Below are positions 51,754 to 64,000 of a DNA stretch of 64,000 bases, one piece after another; the first letter of the stretch is position 1; each line of letters opens with the position of its first letter. The translations under genes were made by a program, and so were the position numbers. Under the pieces are notes generated by a model. The model was not told the DNA's origin, searched no databases, and saw only the letters and a program-made list of their open reading frames with translations. The DNA lies in NCBI GenBank assembly GCA_011109175.1, contig RDEW01000003.1:434001-498000 (forward strand), given 5' to 3'. The stretch comes from Dicyema japonicum (taxonomy: Eukaryota; Animalia; Dicyemida).

Positions 51754-54171
51754 TTTAATTTTAAATTATATTGAATAGATTATAATTAATTTAAATATAA
51801 TCAAAAATTAATTATATAAATAATAAATAATTAACTGCGACTTTATTCGCAATATATTGAACTTCTCACAGTCCCTTCCTTGCTAAACGATTATTTATTA
51901 GTTTGCCTGGTAGTGGCTACGGTGACGTTGAGCAAAACCCTTCTGTTCGAAGATTGAAAGACCTCTAACTAAACATTAAGGGATTTCAAGAAATGCTATG
52001 ATTTGACGACTTTATACAAAATAATTATGTGAGTTTTGCTCTCATCCAAGAGTTGATTATCTCTGAAGTCTAAATTCGTGTCTCCTAACAATACACTGAA
52101 CTTACTTCCACCTTTTTCTATGAAAATCTTATTAGGTGGTTATTTTAATCCCTATCATCCTGCCTGGCTATTCTCTAGCGAACCAAATTCTGCATGATGT
52201 GGAAGATTAGTACTCTTTCTGCTCCAAAAATTTATTTTCCGCGGTTTCATCGCTAATCGTGGCCTCTTATTTCCTCCTGAAATTATTAAGACCTACCAAG
52301 CAAACTATTTGGTAGTTGCTTGTTAAGGAAAATCGGGTCAGTTCGCTACAACAGTTCATTTCCAGATACTCGGACTACATTTCTTGGAAAATGGACCCCC
52401 TTTTCTCATGTCCTGGCCCACCATCTGTTTCCCCTCTGCATGGAATCAATCTCTGAGAACGTCCGTCATTGGTATTTACGTTCTTGCTAGCTACTATTTC
52501 CTTCACTTGAAGAGACTGGGGGTAAATAAATATATATTGAGTCATACATTTTCTATGCATGAACCTCATGGAGACCTTCGATCCCTTGGACTAATGCTCA
52601 GAAAATCGCGGCCACACAAAAAGTGATTTTGGAGTGACAGAGAAGTGGTCTACGGACAAAAGAGCATGATACAGACACCCTTGAAATCTAATCCGAAGGA
52701 ATAACGGAGGAGGACTGATCCAACGTGATCAGGAGACAACCCGACCTTTGTGTAGGATCAAGCCAAGCTGAGAGCCTGGAATAAATTTGTGGGATCACGT
52801 AATTTGTATTTTCGATTTAACGGTAGTCTTGGAGTAAAGATTCAATTTATGCGGCGCTGCCCCTCATGATCACTATAGAGACCAATTGGATAAGCCATCG
52901 CGTTTCGAGGTCATCATAGCTTCTGAGCGAGGCAATATGTCCGAGTTTCTTGAGGAAGATCAGGGACTTGCTGCTTATATCTCTAGTTGTTTCTCCAGCA
53001 ATCGCGCGTAAATTATAGTGGTCGAGGCGTCCTCTTTGCTTCCTTGAGCGATTGGGTTTGTTTAAACTTTTGGATGCAACATGTCGACTCTCTGTCTCCC
53101 AACAACATCATTGGGAGTGTAGTAAAGGCACTTTTCGAAGTTCCTAGTTAACACCACATCAAATATCTTGGGAGTAACTTATTGGCTAGCTGTCACTTCC
53201 GTCACATTTAGCTTTTGAATCGATTCTCACACCACAACCTACTTGGTCGAATGTCCCAATGTCATGCTTATAGCAACGGTCCTTAATTCTCTTACCGTCA
53301 TTGGTTAGGGTTTCGATCTTTGAGTAGTTCATTTTCTTAATTACTTCATTAACATGTGTCAGGTGATCAGCCAGTCCCAAGAATAATGTCAGCATCAATT
53401 CGTATTATTACCCGACCCCCAGATGCTTGGGCTTTAGCTCAGATTATATCTGTAAGTCTGTCATTCCCCTGGTGAAGATTAATCCAGTATTTAAAGACCA
53501 ACCGGGATAATGCAAAAATTGAGGGACAACTGAAGATGGAGAATATAAATTGGGCTTCTTCCTCTTAATATCTGTGGTTTGAAGGTTGAGGTAACGACGT
53601 ACCTCTATCAACAGAATATCTGCTTTCATGAGGGTTGAAAGCCCCTGTCTTCCTTCTCGTAAGCATGAAGGAGTCACCGACTCAGGAGACATCAGAAACC
53701 TGCGGTTTTGGACAAAAGAAGGAAGTGATTTTTATTAGTTATTCTATATTAAACAACTAGTAACCCCCATGTCGCTAACAATCTGATAGATCCTGGGGGG
53801 CTTTATACAATTTCTACTGATTAATACGATTTAATAATTGAATTACTCGAACGACCACAAATGTTATTTGACCTTTTTTGAGTAAAAGAAGGCAGCACAT
53901 AGTCTCAACCTCGGGTTATGTTTTGTAAGAAGACAAGTTCAGAGAATAAACACTTTCACTGAAGCGATAGTACTCATAGCCCTTAAAGACACAATCTTAG
54001 GCGTCAATCTCTTCCACGGTCCTCGATCGTTAGCCAACGACTTCATCCGCGGATTTCAACCTTTTCAGTATTTTCTGGTTATTTCTTGGGACAATACGTG
54101 ATTTATCGATTAAACAAAAATTAAAATTCCTTGTTAACCAAAATTAATAAATATTGCCACGTGGTCTTTTG

Positions 54172-55274
54172 TCATAAGCTCGACAAATATTCAATCATTT
54201 CTGAATAGCCACGTGGTGGTTTGTCGATTTTCTTCTCTTTGCTGAAATACATATTTTTGTATTTTATGATATCATCAGTAATAACGGAATCACTCCAGTT
54301 TTCGGTAGATCCACATTCACTTTCTTAGAAATTGGAAATAAGTAAACCTTGCAAGTTGGTGGTGAACTCGGCCTGACTGCTCGTGATTTCAGAGACTCGA
54401 CTTTTATAGTGATATTCATAGCTGGTTTTGTCAATTACGAGAATCGAGATCTCAGTCGAACAGTTCCCGATTAACTCAAGAAATTGTTCGTAAGACATAT
54501 CGGATACCAGTTGGTTGTTGATTTCAATCACAACGTCTCCCGTTCGGAGGCCAGCTCTGTACGAAGGAGATTTTTTTATTATATCGCTGACTACAAAATC
54601 AGATTGTAAATTTCTCTTAGAAATAGTGACTCCGAATTTTAGTCCATCATCAATCACGACACGGCACAGTCGGGGTGGTTTCAAATCAAAATTTGTTGAT
54701 TGGGGATAGTTCAATTCAGGTTTGTCAGAGTTTTTCAAATTTTCTAATTTTTCCTGAATTATAATTTGCGGCTTTTCAATTTGTGGCTTTTCATTGTTTT
54801 CTTCATTGGCCACAGATGATTGTGTGTTGTTGGAAGTTTCCTTGATCTCTTCGGCCGGTTTTTCATCGGCCACAGAAATTCTTTGTTGTTGGAAGTTTCC
54901 TTGATCTCTTCGGCCGGTTTTTCATCGGCCACAGGAGATTCTTTGTTGTTGGTAGTTTCCTTGATCTCTTCGGCCGGTTCTCCCCCTGAAGTCGGTTCCA
55001 CAATTCTTTCTACCTTAAATGAGAATTTGTCTTTCTGACTTTTGAATAATTCAATCAAGTCTTCGTGATTCATTTGATTTGAGCTTTTATCGTTAATTGC
55101 AATAATTTTGTCTTTTTCTCTCAATCCTGTAAGTTCAGCATAACTCCCATGTTTTACATTTACAACATAATGTCCATTTTCTTCCTCTTGTGTTATTATT
55201 GATAATCCATATTTCCCATCTTCGACTTGGTCGGGATCAAATTCAAGAACTACAGCTTTCGTTACGGAAATCAT
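54172..55274 (-). CDS. NHERF1: NHERF/EBP50-like tandem-PDZ scaffold
   Basis: Two PDZ domains (KYGLSI..SYAELTGLREKDKIIAIN; PRLCRV..KFGVTI..SPSYRAGLRTGDVVIEIN). After a 24-nt intron it ends EMIEYLSSL*, like the NHERF ERM-binding tail (ELFSNL). One 1-nt frameshift in the linker. Confidence 0.8.
54822..54978 (-). repeat. Coding tandem repeat, ~60 bp x ~2.6, in the PDZ linker
   Basis: PAEEIKET(T/S)NNKESPVADEK repeated. Confidence 0.9.
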
Positions 55275-55849
55275 ATTTAAATTATTTATCAATTAATTTA
55301 AATTAAAAATAAATTTTATAAATTTAATATTTTTAAATAAAAATAATTTTATACAATTTAATATTTTTAAGAACTCCTTGATCTGTGCAATATGGGTACC
55401 TCACCATCTCTACCTTCCGCCCAATTATCTTATTATTAGACGAGTTATGGGTGCGAGGGTTGGTTCTTCTCTCCGAAGAGGGAGAAGATTTTATTCCTCT
55501 TAGAGAAGACAAAAAGAGCTGCAATAAGCTCTTCTTAAACAAGAAACTGAGAGACTGTCTGAGCGAAAACGAAGACAAGCTGTTAGAACCGATTAGCAGG
55601 ATTGTGCAGGATCGGGTCAATGGTTTCAGGAGATCAAAGATCCAGGAAACATGTATAAAACTGGGAGAAACGTATCTAAAAAATTTTAAAAAGTAGGAAG
55701 GGTCCGGGTGTGGAGTCCAAACCTTATGATAGGACTCAGATGTAATACCCTCCAGAAAACTTCTTAACTCATAATAAATTTGTTTACAGCCAATTAACTA
55801 CATGGCTAATTGGTGTCTATTCACTATATGGAGACTTATCTTATTATTT

Positions 55850-56740
55850 GACCATTTTGTTGATTAAAAAGTTGAGCTGATGAAGGCCTCTATCCCCTTC
55901 TCGTAGAATAGGCGAGGTGACGACCTCAGGAGGCTTTTGAACAAATTTCTGAACAACCCTTGGTGTAGGTTGAATAAATAGTAATAAAACCACAAAAATT
56001 TGAATGGTATATATTCTCCACTGAGGTAGTAATAGATTAACAAGTGAGGACATTATCCAGTCAATCGCGATTAAGAGAACTCTCGAAAGTAGCTTCCAAC
56101 AAACTCGTAGAACTGACGTTCGTAACATCCGCCATTGTGGGAACTCCTTCCAGTGTAATAGAGAAGAGTGTGATCATTTTTGGATCCCGGCCAGGCACTG
56201 GGCGCCGACTTAAGACAAGTTGACCACATGACGACTTTTAGATAATCAGGGCTTCTCTAACCATCCCGCTACCTGGGCGCCCGTCATTCTCTCAACCTGC
56301 TAACATTGTAGAATAACCTTGGTTGAACATAACGTCTGATGACAGCGGATCGTGGGTTCCAATCCGAAAGATGGAGTTTTCAGAGAAGGTCAATTCTCGT
56401 TAAACAGATCCACCAATGAGGCGACGAGTCCTTCTGGCATGACAGTTTTTGAAAGGGATCTTCCTACATTGGTGAGATTGCCATTATCAAAACTCTTCCG
56501 CCAAAGAATGAAGTGATGTCCACGCCGGTAAGACGTGCGATAAAAATAGAAGAGGGCGGACCCACTTCTCCACCTCTCTTCGGAAAAGGAAGCCTATAAT
56601 GGACTATTGGAGATAGATTCGGTCGCCACAAGCAGACCTTCTCCCTAGGGTTCGTTCCTTGGACTAATTAGTTAAGACTGTTTTTGCTGGACTTACCAAG
56701 GATTGTAACCCCGGGATTAATGAATAAGCATAACCCCCAA
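55850..56740 (-). mobile_element. Degenerate RLE-clade non-LTR segment; reference copy for many dispersed fragments
   Basis: Shares blocks with 7320-7360, 7590-7630, 10717-10750, 5930-5995, 32580-32630 and 62220-62370. Confidence 0.45.
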
Positions 56741-56752
56741 TAACCATTAAAT

Positions 56753-59155
56753 TAACCAATGTTATTTTTTATATCATTAATTAGTTCTCTGAGCCTAAAA
56801 TAAAGAGAGAGTCAGACCTCATGGACCTCTTTTCAATCGCATCAATATGCACCATATAATGGTCCCGATAGAAGTGACTTTCCTGGATTTTTAAATTGGG
56901 TCTTTGAACACAGTTTTGAATATCCTCAATTCGCTTCTAACGTGAGAAAACTACCAACTTGGCAAAGGCTAACTGATCGGTTCAAATCTTCAAAGTTCAT
57001 TTTTTTGAAGCCTTCTCTCAAATACTAATTTTACAATTTCCGCAATACGTTGTCGGATGTCCTCAGTTCCGTGGTTTTCTCGTTGACTTGCTTCAATTGA
57101 TCCTGAATTCTGTAAAAATAAATTTGGTCTCAACAAAGATGTCGAACTCAAAGCATCCTTTAACGAAGTCTCGGCCGTGTTGTGCATCTTTGTATCATGA
57201 ATTCGCATCTTTACTATCAATGAATCATACTCGTTTAGTCTCTTGTAAAGATCATCAAACTGAGAGCTTTGGGAGTCACGTCCTTGAGGTTTGGTTTGGT
57301 CGGAGAGAATATTATTTTTAATTATGAGGTCACTTATTAATCTCTTATGCCTTATTTCGCTCTCAAAGTCATCTTTCTTGAGTACACGTGGTATACTGAC
57401 CTTTTGCTGGATTAGCTTTCGTCTGCATTCCTCGTCGTATTTAAGAAAATTTTCAAGTTCGGTTACTTTGCTTTGAAGGTGGGCATTGTCGTCCTCTTTT
57501 TCTAAAATTCAGAATGTGGTGGACACCTCGCAATTCTGCGTCATAATTGTGAATCGCAGATTTCAGTTCCTGGCATATTTGCTGATGCTGATGGAATTGA
57601 GTTTCAAGGTTCTTGTAACTGAGTTCTTCCATTTCTTTCGACTCCTGTACTTTCATTGGACAGAGACCTTTAATTGGCTGATCTCGTTCGTCTGCTCTTT
57701 TATCTTCTTCGAAAACTCGGACTCGAGTTTCCTTAATTCGTCATTAAACGAGGCCTCCTTGTCCTTCAGATCCTTTAAAACTTAGATGTGGCGTACTTTG
57801 TTTTCTTTGATTATTTTTTTGAGTTTGGATCCCAGCTTTTCGTTCATTCCAACGTCGGCTTCAAACTATGTTGAGGACCAAATAAAACTTGGTGAGATTT
57901 CTCGATGAGTTCCTTGTCGACATCTTCGTTCTACTAATCACATTCAGCCGATGAACCTCAATCCCCGAATAGGTGTCTCTGAGGTCGGAAAGATCTTTTT
58001 CAAGGGAATTCAAAGCATCCACCGAATAATTGTATTTTTCTGAAATTAAATCCATTTTCGCGTTTTCCATGAACTTCAACGACGTAAGTTTGGAAATCTC
58101 CTCGTCCATACCTTGACAGTCTTGTTCCTGTTTTTTTGACTGTTTGACGGCGTTTTCCGTATTTATCAACGATTTCCTTATTTTCTTAAGTAAACTGAAT
58201 ATAAACGGCTATTTTCTCTTCCAGCTTATTTTTTTCGTATTTGAGTTGATTGTATTCTCGCTTCACAGCCTCGTTGGGGTCACAGCTAGTAGCACCAGAC
58301 TCTATAAGCTTATCCTCAGCCGATTTCTTCGTTTGTCGGACTAGTATTTGTAGCTTAACATACATTCGTGTTCTAGTCGGGCTTTTTTGTTCTCAAATTG
58401 ATTTTTCTGTTTGTTGATTTGAAATTCCAACGACCGTATCGTTTTGTTTTTATTTTCAATTTCCTCCTTCAAAGTTTTAGACTAAAATTCTCCCAACATT
58501 CAACTTTGCTTTTTGTGACTTCAATTTCCTTTTCATGCTCGGCTATGACGCTCTTCAGCGTTTTCAGGTCGGAAGAAGTCTAAAATGCTGAAAATCGAAA
58601 CTGCTATATATAAATTTTTGTAGTGCTCGGTTTGACTGCTCAAGTTTTCTATTTTGATTTTTTGAATTTTTTCCATCGGATTGAAGTAATCGACCGACTT
58701 TCGCTTAACATTTTTCTGAAAAGACAAAATTCAGTTACTTTATCGAAATCAACGTTGGAATCTGAGATTTTTTCTTTCCTGAGTAACTGTGACTGTAAAA
58801 TTTCGTTTTCAATTTCAAACAGCATTTTTGTAATTTTCTCCTCGTCCTTCAACGTTAAGACTCTCAAAACTTTTTCAAAAAAGTCATCGTTAAAATCTTT
58901 TTTGCCCCAGAATTCTAATCATTTAAGCAAAAGTACCCTTTCTCGCCTGATTAGGTAATTTGTTTTCCTTGACAACGTACACATTAACTCATACTTTTAT
59001 CAAAACTTCTGAAATCTCTTCGGATTCTTCTTTTGTGCTGGATTTGGTTCTGACTGACTCTCTAGTTGAATCCTTTGTAATGGGAATTTTAATACTTGAT
59101 TTTTCCCGCGAAATTCATCGTTGAATTTGTCAAAGAAATTTAATTCATCCTTCAT
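56753..59155 (-). CDS. Long coiled-coil protein, multi-exon (CCDC40-like candidate)
   Basis: ATG 59155 (MKDELNFFDK..), successive 22-32 nt GT-AG introns, heptad-rich exons. The family assignment is tentative. Confidence 0.65.
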
Positions 59156-59289
59156 TTCCCAGATAAATTTGCGATATAATTGTCATGGATATTAATTTTT
59201 TTAATTTTTATAAATAAAAATTTTATGAGACGAATTATTTTGGTTTTACCGTTGGTCTTGGAATAAATTATTTCAGTTCAACAAGCCGG

Positions 59290-59570
59290 CTTCCGCTCCA
59301 GAATATCGAGCTGTGTACGAGAGGATGAAGCGTTCGCCAATCTCGATTGAGACCATGGAAGCTAGATTGAAGCTCTTTGGACACGTACTGAGAATGGACC
59401 TGGAGACCCCAACTGACGTGGCCATGAGGACTTCTTCGGATATGATGCTTCCTGATTATGAGACAATTGAGGACCACCCTCCCAATGATCCTCAACGGGG
59501 ACCTCCAAAAGATAGGGAGACTGTTAAGAGAGGGAGAGGAGCTGGATGGACTACGTAAACTTGCGTATGA
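59290..59570 (+). mobile_element. RTE-like LINE 3' fragment
   Basis: LYERMKRSPISIETMEARLKLFGHVLRM. Confidence 0.7.
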
Positions 59571-59678
59571 GAGGGGAAAGTAGAGGAAGATGAATTTGTT
59601 GTTAGTTTCTCGATTTGCACGTGCTTTATCGTTACCATGGCAGGTTGAGAGTGCTTAATAATAATATGTTGACTTTCC

Positions 59679-60564
59679 TCAACTGATCAGGGATACCTTC
59701 ATGGTGGTTGAGTCAAATGACACTATTATCCCCCATTTGGCACTGACCAATTGATTAGGAACGGCAATTTTTGGGGAAGCAAGCGTCAGGTCGGGGAGGA
59801 CGTTCTGTCGCTTGCTCTGTAAGGGTCTTGTATTAATTATGGGATTGTTTGATATCACAAGTTGATTCAGCGTCGGTAGCAAGTGGGTTCCTCTGGCGTG
59901 TTTCGGTTGCTTTTTGAACCGCATCGGATGTTTCGCGTTTAGGTCTCCACATAATAATAAGTTATTGGCTTGGACGATCTCTGGCAGTGAGAAGCTGTAT
60001 CCTTTGGGCCACGAACCGGGAGGAAGTAGATAGAGGTTCAATACAGTGAGGCATCCAATGTTGGTTAAAATTGAAATTGTGATTTATTCAACGAAACTCA
60101 ATCCCCACGACCAACTCGGTCAAGATACTGGGCGTAACTTACGACCCACTCTTGACCTTCAGCAAACACATCGACAACGTCATCTCTTCGGCACAACGAA
60201 AGCTAAATTTTGTTAAAACACTCCTTGGACAATATAAGGGGTGTTTCAACTCAAATTTGGACTCGCTCTACGTGCAGTATATTCAACCGTCTCTAACTTA
60301 CGGGTGTGCTGCATGGGGAACCAACCTATCAAACAGGAATATAAAAAAATCAATACCTTCCAAAAAATGGCCAGTAAGGCTTTGCAAAGGTTTTCTTGGA
60401 CACCTCTAAACCCTACACCTTTTGAGGAATTAGTGAGGAAAACCGGAGCCTTACCACCCTCCAAAAAAGTTAGAAACCCCCGCCCAATCTGGAAATGCGT
60501 TGGAACCCAGGAAAAACATCGAGCAAGAATGAGATGGCTACTCGAGGCGGCCGGAATCACCTGA
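59679..60564. mobile_element. I/Jockey-like LINE pieces: APE endonuclease (-) and RT C-terminus (+)
   Basis: LNLYLLP..LLCGDLNAKH..PDLTLAS on the minus strand; KILGVTYDPLLTFSKHI..YIQPSLTYGCAAW..LEAAGIT* on the plus strand. Confidence 0.75.
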
Positions 60565-61443
60565 CGGCTATGTAGTTATTTAATTTGTCGGTGATTTTTG
60601 GTTTTTAATAATAATAATAATTCAACGGGATGGGGGAAGTAGAGGTGTGCTCTCTCCGTGAAAGGAATCTTTCTTGATAAGTATGAAGACTTCACCTCCG
60701 CACGTCGAATAATGTTGTAGCCTGGGAAGACTGGGGAGGGAGTGGAGGAAGACAGTCTTGTTTAATAAATCAATATTTATTAAATCAATATTTTCAATAT
60801 TATCGATAATTATTCCATTTCATAGGAAATACTGTCATATTCATTAATTCAACATATGCGACATTGCACTTTACAGACTTTTTAAAATTGACTGTAGCCT
60901 TGAATGCAAAAAATCAAGAGGAACTTCCAATTATCCCATTGAATGCAGAATTAACTCTTACATCCAATGGTTGAAAAAAATTGAGTGCTTCGTAGGTATA
61001 AAAATTTAATTCAAAAAATCCTGCTAAATTTTTCCAAAAATAAGCTTAATTCTGTCCACTTATGGGAAATTAGTTTTAAAAATCCGATGATTATTCCAAA
61101 AATTTCATCAATTGATTTTAAAAACAGTGGAATTCAAATATTCTAAAACAATGCATCAAGTAAAATATAGACACGTGTAAGTAGAGGTTGTTGCCATGAA
61201 ATTAAAAAGTGACTATTGATGTTCGTAAACTACTTGATCGAAAAATTCCTGTCTGCAATTTTTCTTCATCAATGCCTAGAGGCGTCAATGGATCCAACTG
61301 ACTCAAGAGGCCCCATTTGCTGGCCGACAGACAAAAAGGATGCCTCTTTTTCCCACTCCAGAGACGGTTCACATAATGATGGTTAAAAAAAGGACGTGAT
61401 GATAAGAAAGGATTGCTTTATTAATTTATGGTAATAAATAAAA

Positions 61444-61561
61444 AAGTACGACACTGTGAGTTCCCAGGCGGTCACCCAGCCAAGTACTTACACAGCCTAT
61501 AACCGCTTAACTTCCGTGGTCGGCTGAGAACGGGTGCTTACGGCCAAGTATGATCGTACAT
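61444..61561 (-). rRNA. 5S rRNA (single dispersed copy)
   Basis: GTACGATCATAC...GAAGTTAAGC...AGTACTTGGCTGGGTGACCGCCTGGGAA...GTCGTAC followed by a T run; terminal stem and box C are present. Confidence 0.93.
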
Positions 61562-62513
61562 TTTCATTTTGGAAAACTCCCTAAATACTATTCACATCGT
61601 ATAATAGAAATAGTATCAGCGTGTTTTAAATGTTCCACGGTTGTTGTCCATAATTCCTGATATTTTAAAACATTTTCTTTCCCCGGTCGATGTAAATAAG
61701 CCCCCTCTCCTCCAATATTTCATTATTATTCATATATTTGGTGTTCGAGTTGATCTCCTTACACTTTGGATATAACCAATGAAATATTTCACCCCACAAT
61801 ATTTAGTGTGTGTTACTTTAGTAAACTGAGTTAATTCTTGTATTATATTTATTTAATATTGAAAAAGTTAAATTTTACCTCGAATGTTCACTTAGCTTCA
61901 TGATGGATTAAAGTCTTTGTCTCGCTTCTTTACGAAGTGACAGATTAGAGAGATATGTGACAGATTTGAGAATTTCCATAACTTTTCCTTCTCATTTAAA
62001 ATAAAGTGTGTCCTGCCCAGTGGAGGTTTAATCGTGAAATCATGTGTATCACTCTACGAAAGGGTTATTTTATTATTGAACTTCAAATTTATGAATCGTG
62101 CTCAATCCCATCTTTTTTTTCCTTTAATTTCAAACATACCGTGAGGTCCTCTTAGAAAAAAACCCACACTTTACGCGATAGCCATATTACCTATAAACAG
62201 AGTCCTTCCGGAACCAGCTTGCAGTTGTGGAAACCCCTCCATGGAGTGGGGGAGAGCAAATGATCATTTTTCTTGCCAGCCTGGCACAGGTGGATCACAT
62301 GACGCCATTCTAGTAGGAAGGACAAAACATGCAGAAACTTCAACCAATTAGCCACGTAGCTCCACGTGGCGATATAGTCCATGTGTGTTTGGCCTTTTTT
62401 TTAAAGTAATTTTTAGATAAAAAAATATTTAAGATAACTTATATTGTAAAAAAAATAATCAAATATTATAATATTAAAAATTATATTAGTCCCCAAAAAA
62501 ATTAATGTTAGAG

Positions 62514-64000
62514 TTATAGACCAGCTAAATAAGCAGCCCTATTCGAAACCCCGGGAATATTCGAATTGGACGAAAGATACCGTCTCATACCTAAGCGTTT
62601 GTCAATTATATTTTTTATATAAATTATGTTGTCTGGGAATTGTCCCCCACCACATCCATTTAAAATTTGAAAACATTCTGAATTAGGTTCACCAATTTCA
62701 CTGTTGCTTTCAGATAAACCACCATTTAATTCAGCGTGTTGTTCAGAAAGTTGCTCCAAAAATGTTTCTTCCTGAACTGCTTCTTGATTTTGATTATCTT
62801 TCCCGCCAAAGTCACTGTGATTCTCTGATTGACGAGTGTTATCTTGATCAGCGTTTTCCGCTTGAGGTGGAGCATTTTCTTGGAGTTTGCTTTCATTTTT
62901 CTGAAAGTAGAAAATACTATTTACTTTATCGTCGGATATTGGGGGTTGTTCGGAAAATGTTTCCTCGCAAACTACTTCTTGATTTCGACTAGTTTCTTCA
63001 GCAAAATCATTCGAATTTTCTAACTGGCGATTGTTGCTCTGATCAGTTTCTTGTGCTCGGGTTTGAGAATCTTCTTGGATTGTGTTTTCGTTTTCCTAAA
63101 AAGTATAAAATTATTGTTTACTTTATCATTTAATATTGGGGGTTGTTCGGAAAATGTTTCCTCGCAAACTACCTCTTGAGTTTGATTAGTTTCCTCGGCA
63201 AAATCATTTTGATTTTCTAATAGACGATTGTATTCTTGATCAGCATTTTCGACTTGGGTTTTAGATTCTTCTCGAAATCCATTTTCATTTTCCTAAAAAT
63301 AGAAAATTCTTTATTCACCTCAGCTATCGATATTGGGGGTTGTTCGGAAAATGTTTCTTCGCAAACTACTTTTTGAGTTTGATTAGTTCCTTCAGCAAAA
63401 TCGTTCGAATTTTCTAACTGGCGATTGTTGTCCTGATCACTTTCTTCTGCTCGAGTTTGAGAATCGTCTTTAAATGTGCTTTCAATTTCCTAAAAGTAGG
63501 AAATATTATTTACTTTATTGTATGATACTGGGGGTTGTTCGGAAAATATTTCCTCGCAAACTACTTGATTTTGACTAGTTTCTTCAGCGAAATCATTTGA
63601 ATTTTCTAACTGACGATTGTTGTCCCGATTAGTTTCTCCTGCTTGAGTTTGAGAATTTTCTGGATTAGCTTCTCCTGCTTGAATTTGGGAATTTTCTGGA
63701 TTAGCTTCTCCTGCTTGAATTTGGGAATCTTCTGGATTAGCTTCTTCGGCTCGAGTTTGAGAATCTTCTGGATTAGTTCCTTCAGCAAAATCATTTGAAT
63801 TTTCTAACTGACGATCGTTGTCTTGATGAGTTTCTTCGCCTTGAGTTGGAAAATCTCTTTCGGGTGCATTTCCATTTTCCTTAAAAGTAGAAAAATATTA
63901 TTTACTTTATCGTTTGATACTGGGGGTTGTTCTGAAAACATTTCTTCGCAAACTACTTCTTGAGTTTGATAAGTCTCTTCGGCAAAATCATTTTGATTTT
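62514..64000 (-). CDS. Acidic repetitive protein (3' part; the 5' end is outside the window) built from ~196-bp exon+intron units
   Basis: Each unit is a ~57-aa exon (ENENTIQEDSQTRAEETDQDNNRQLENSNDFAEETSQNQEVVCEETFSEQPPVSNDK) plus a 24-26 nt GTAAAT..TTTAG-type intron; the unique last exon ends ..RAAYLAGL*. Confidence 0.85.

Noticed and set aside
63606-63794. Lys/Leu-rich repeat ORF (KLIQKIPKFKQE)
   Set aside because: Wrong-frame reading of the acidic repeat exon; splice phase supports the E/Q/N-rich frame.

Overview
Eukaryotic, AT-rich animal DNA with compact genes split by tiny (mostly about 21-30 nt) GT-AG introns. NELF-B, NHERF and tectonic point to a ciliated metazoan; a dicyemid mesozoan fits best (inference). 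Ten host genes sit as islands flanked by very AT-rich tracts: actin, CPVL-like serine carboxypeptidase, NELF-B, a CTP synthase with a degenerate synthetase domain, NT5C2-like nucleotidase, a coiled-coil protein, MUS81, tectonic, NHERF, and a CCDC40-like coiled-coil protein. An acidic repeat protein built from tandem exon+intron units runs off the right end. Between genes is a mosaic of short non-LTR retrotransposon fragments (CRE-like, R4/NeSL-like RLE, RTE, I/Jockey-like). There is one near-intact PHD-RT-RLE CRE-like element just downstream of a tRNA-Phe gene. A pogo/Tigger element contains a tRNA-Phe pseudogene and a MUS81 fragment, and a four-level nest (SINE > hAT > Charlie > LINE) retains TSDs. 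RNA genes are two identical tRNA-Phe(GAA) and a solitary 5S rRNA. Several single-base frameshifts in conserved genes look like assembly indel errors. The most notable signals are a roughly 4-fold excess of CACGTG, the pseudo-synthetase CTPS, tRNA-Phe 3' flanks shared with CRE-like insertions, and the exon-intron repeat gene. All coordinates and counts were made by eye.
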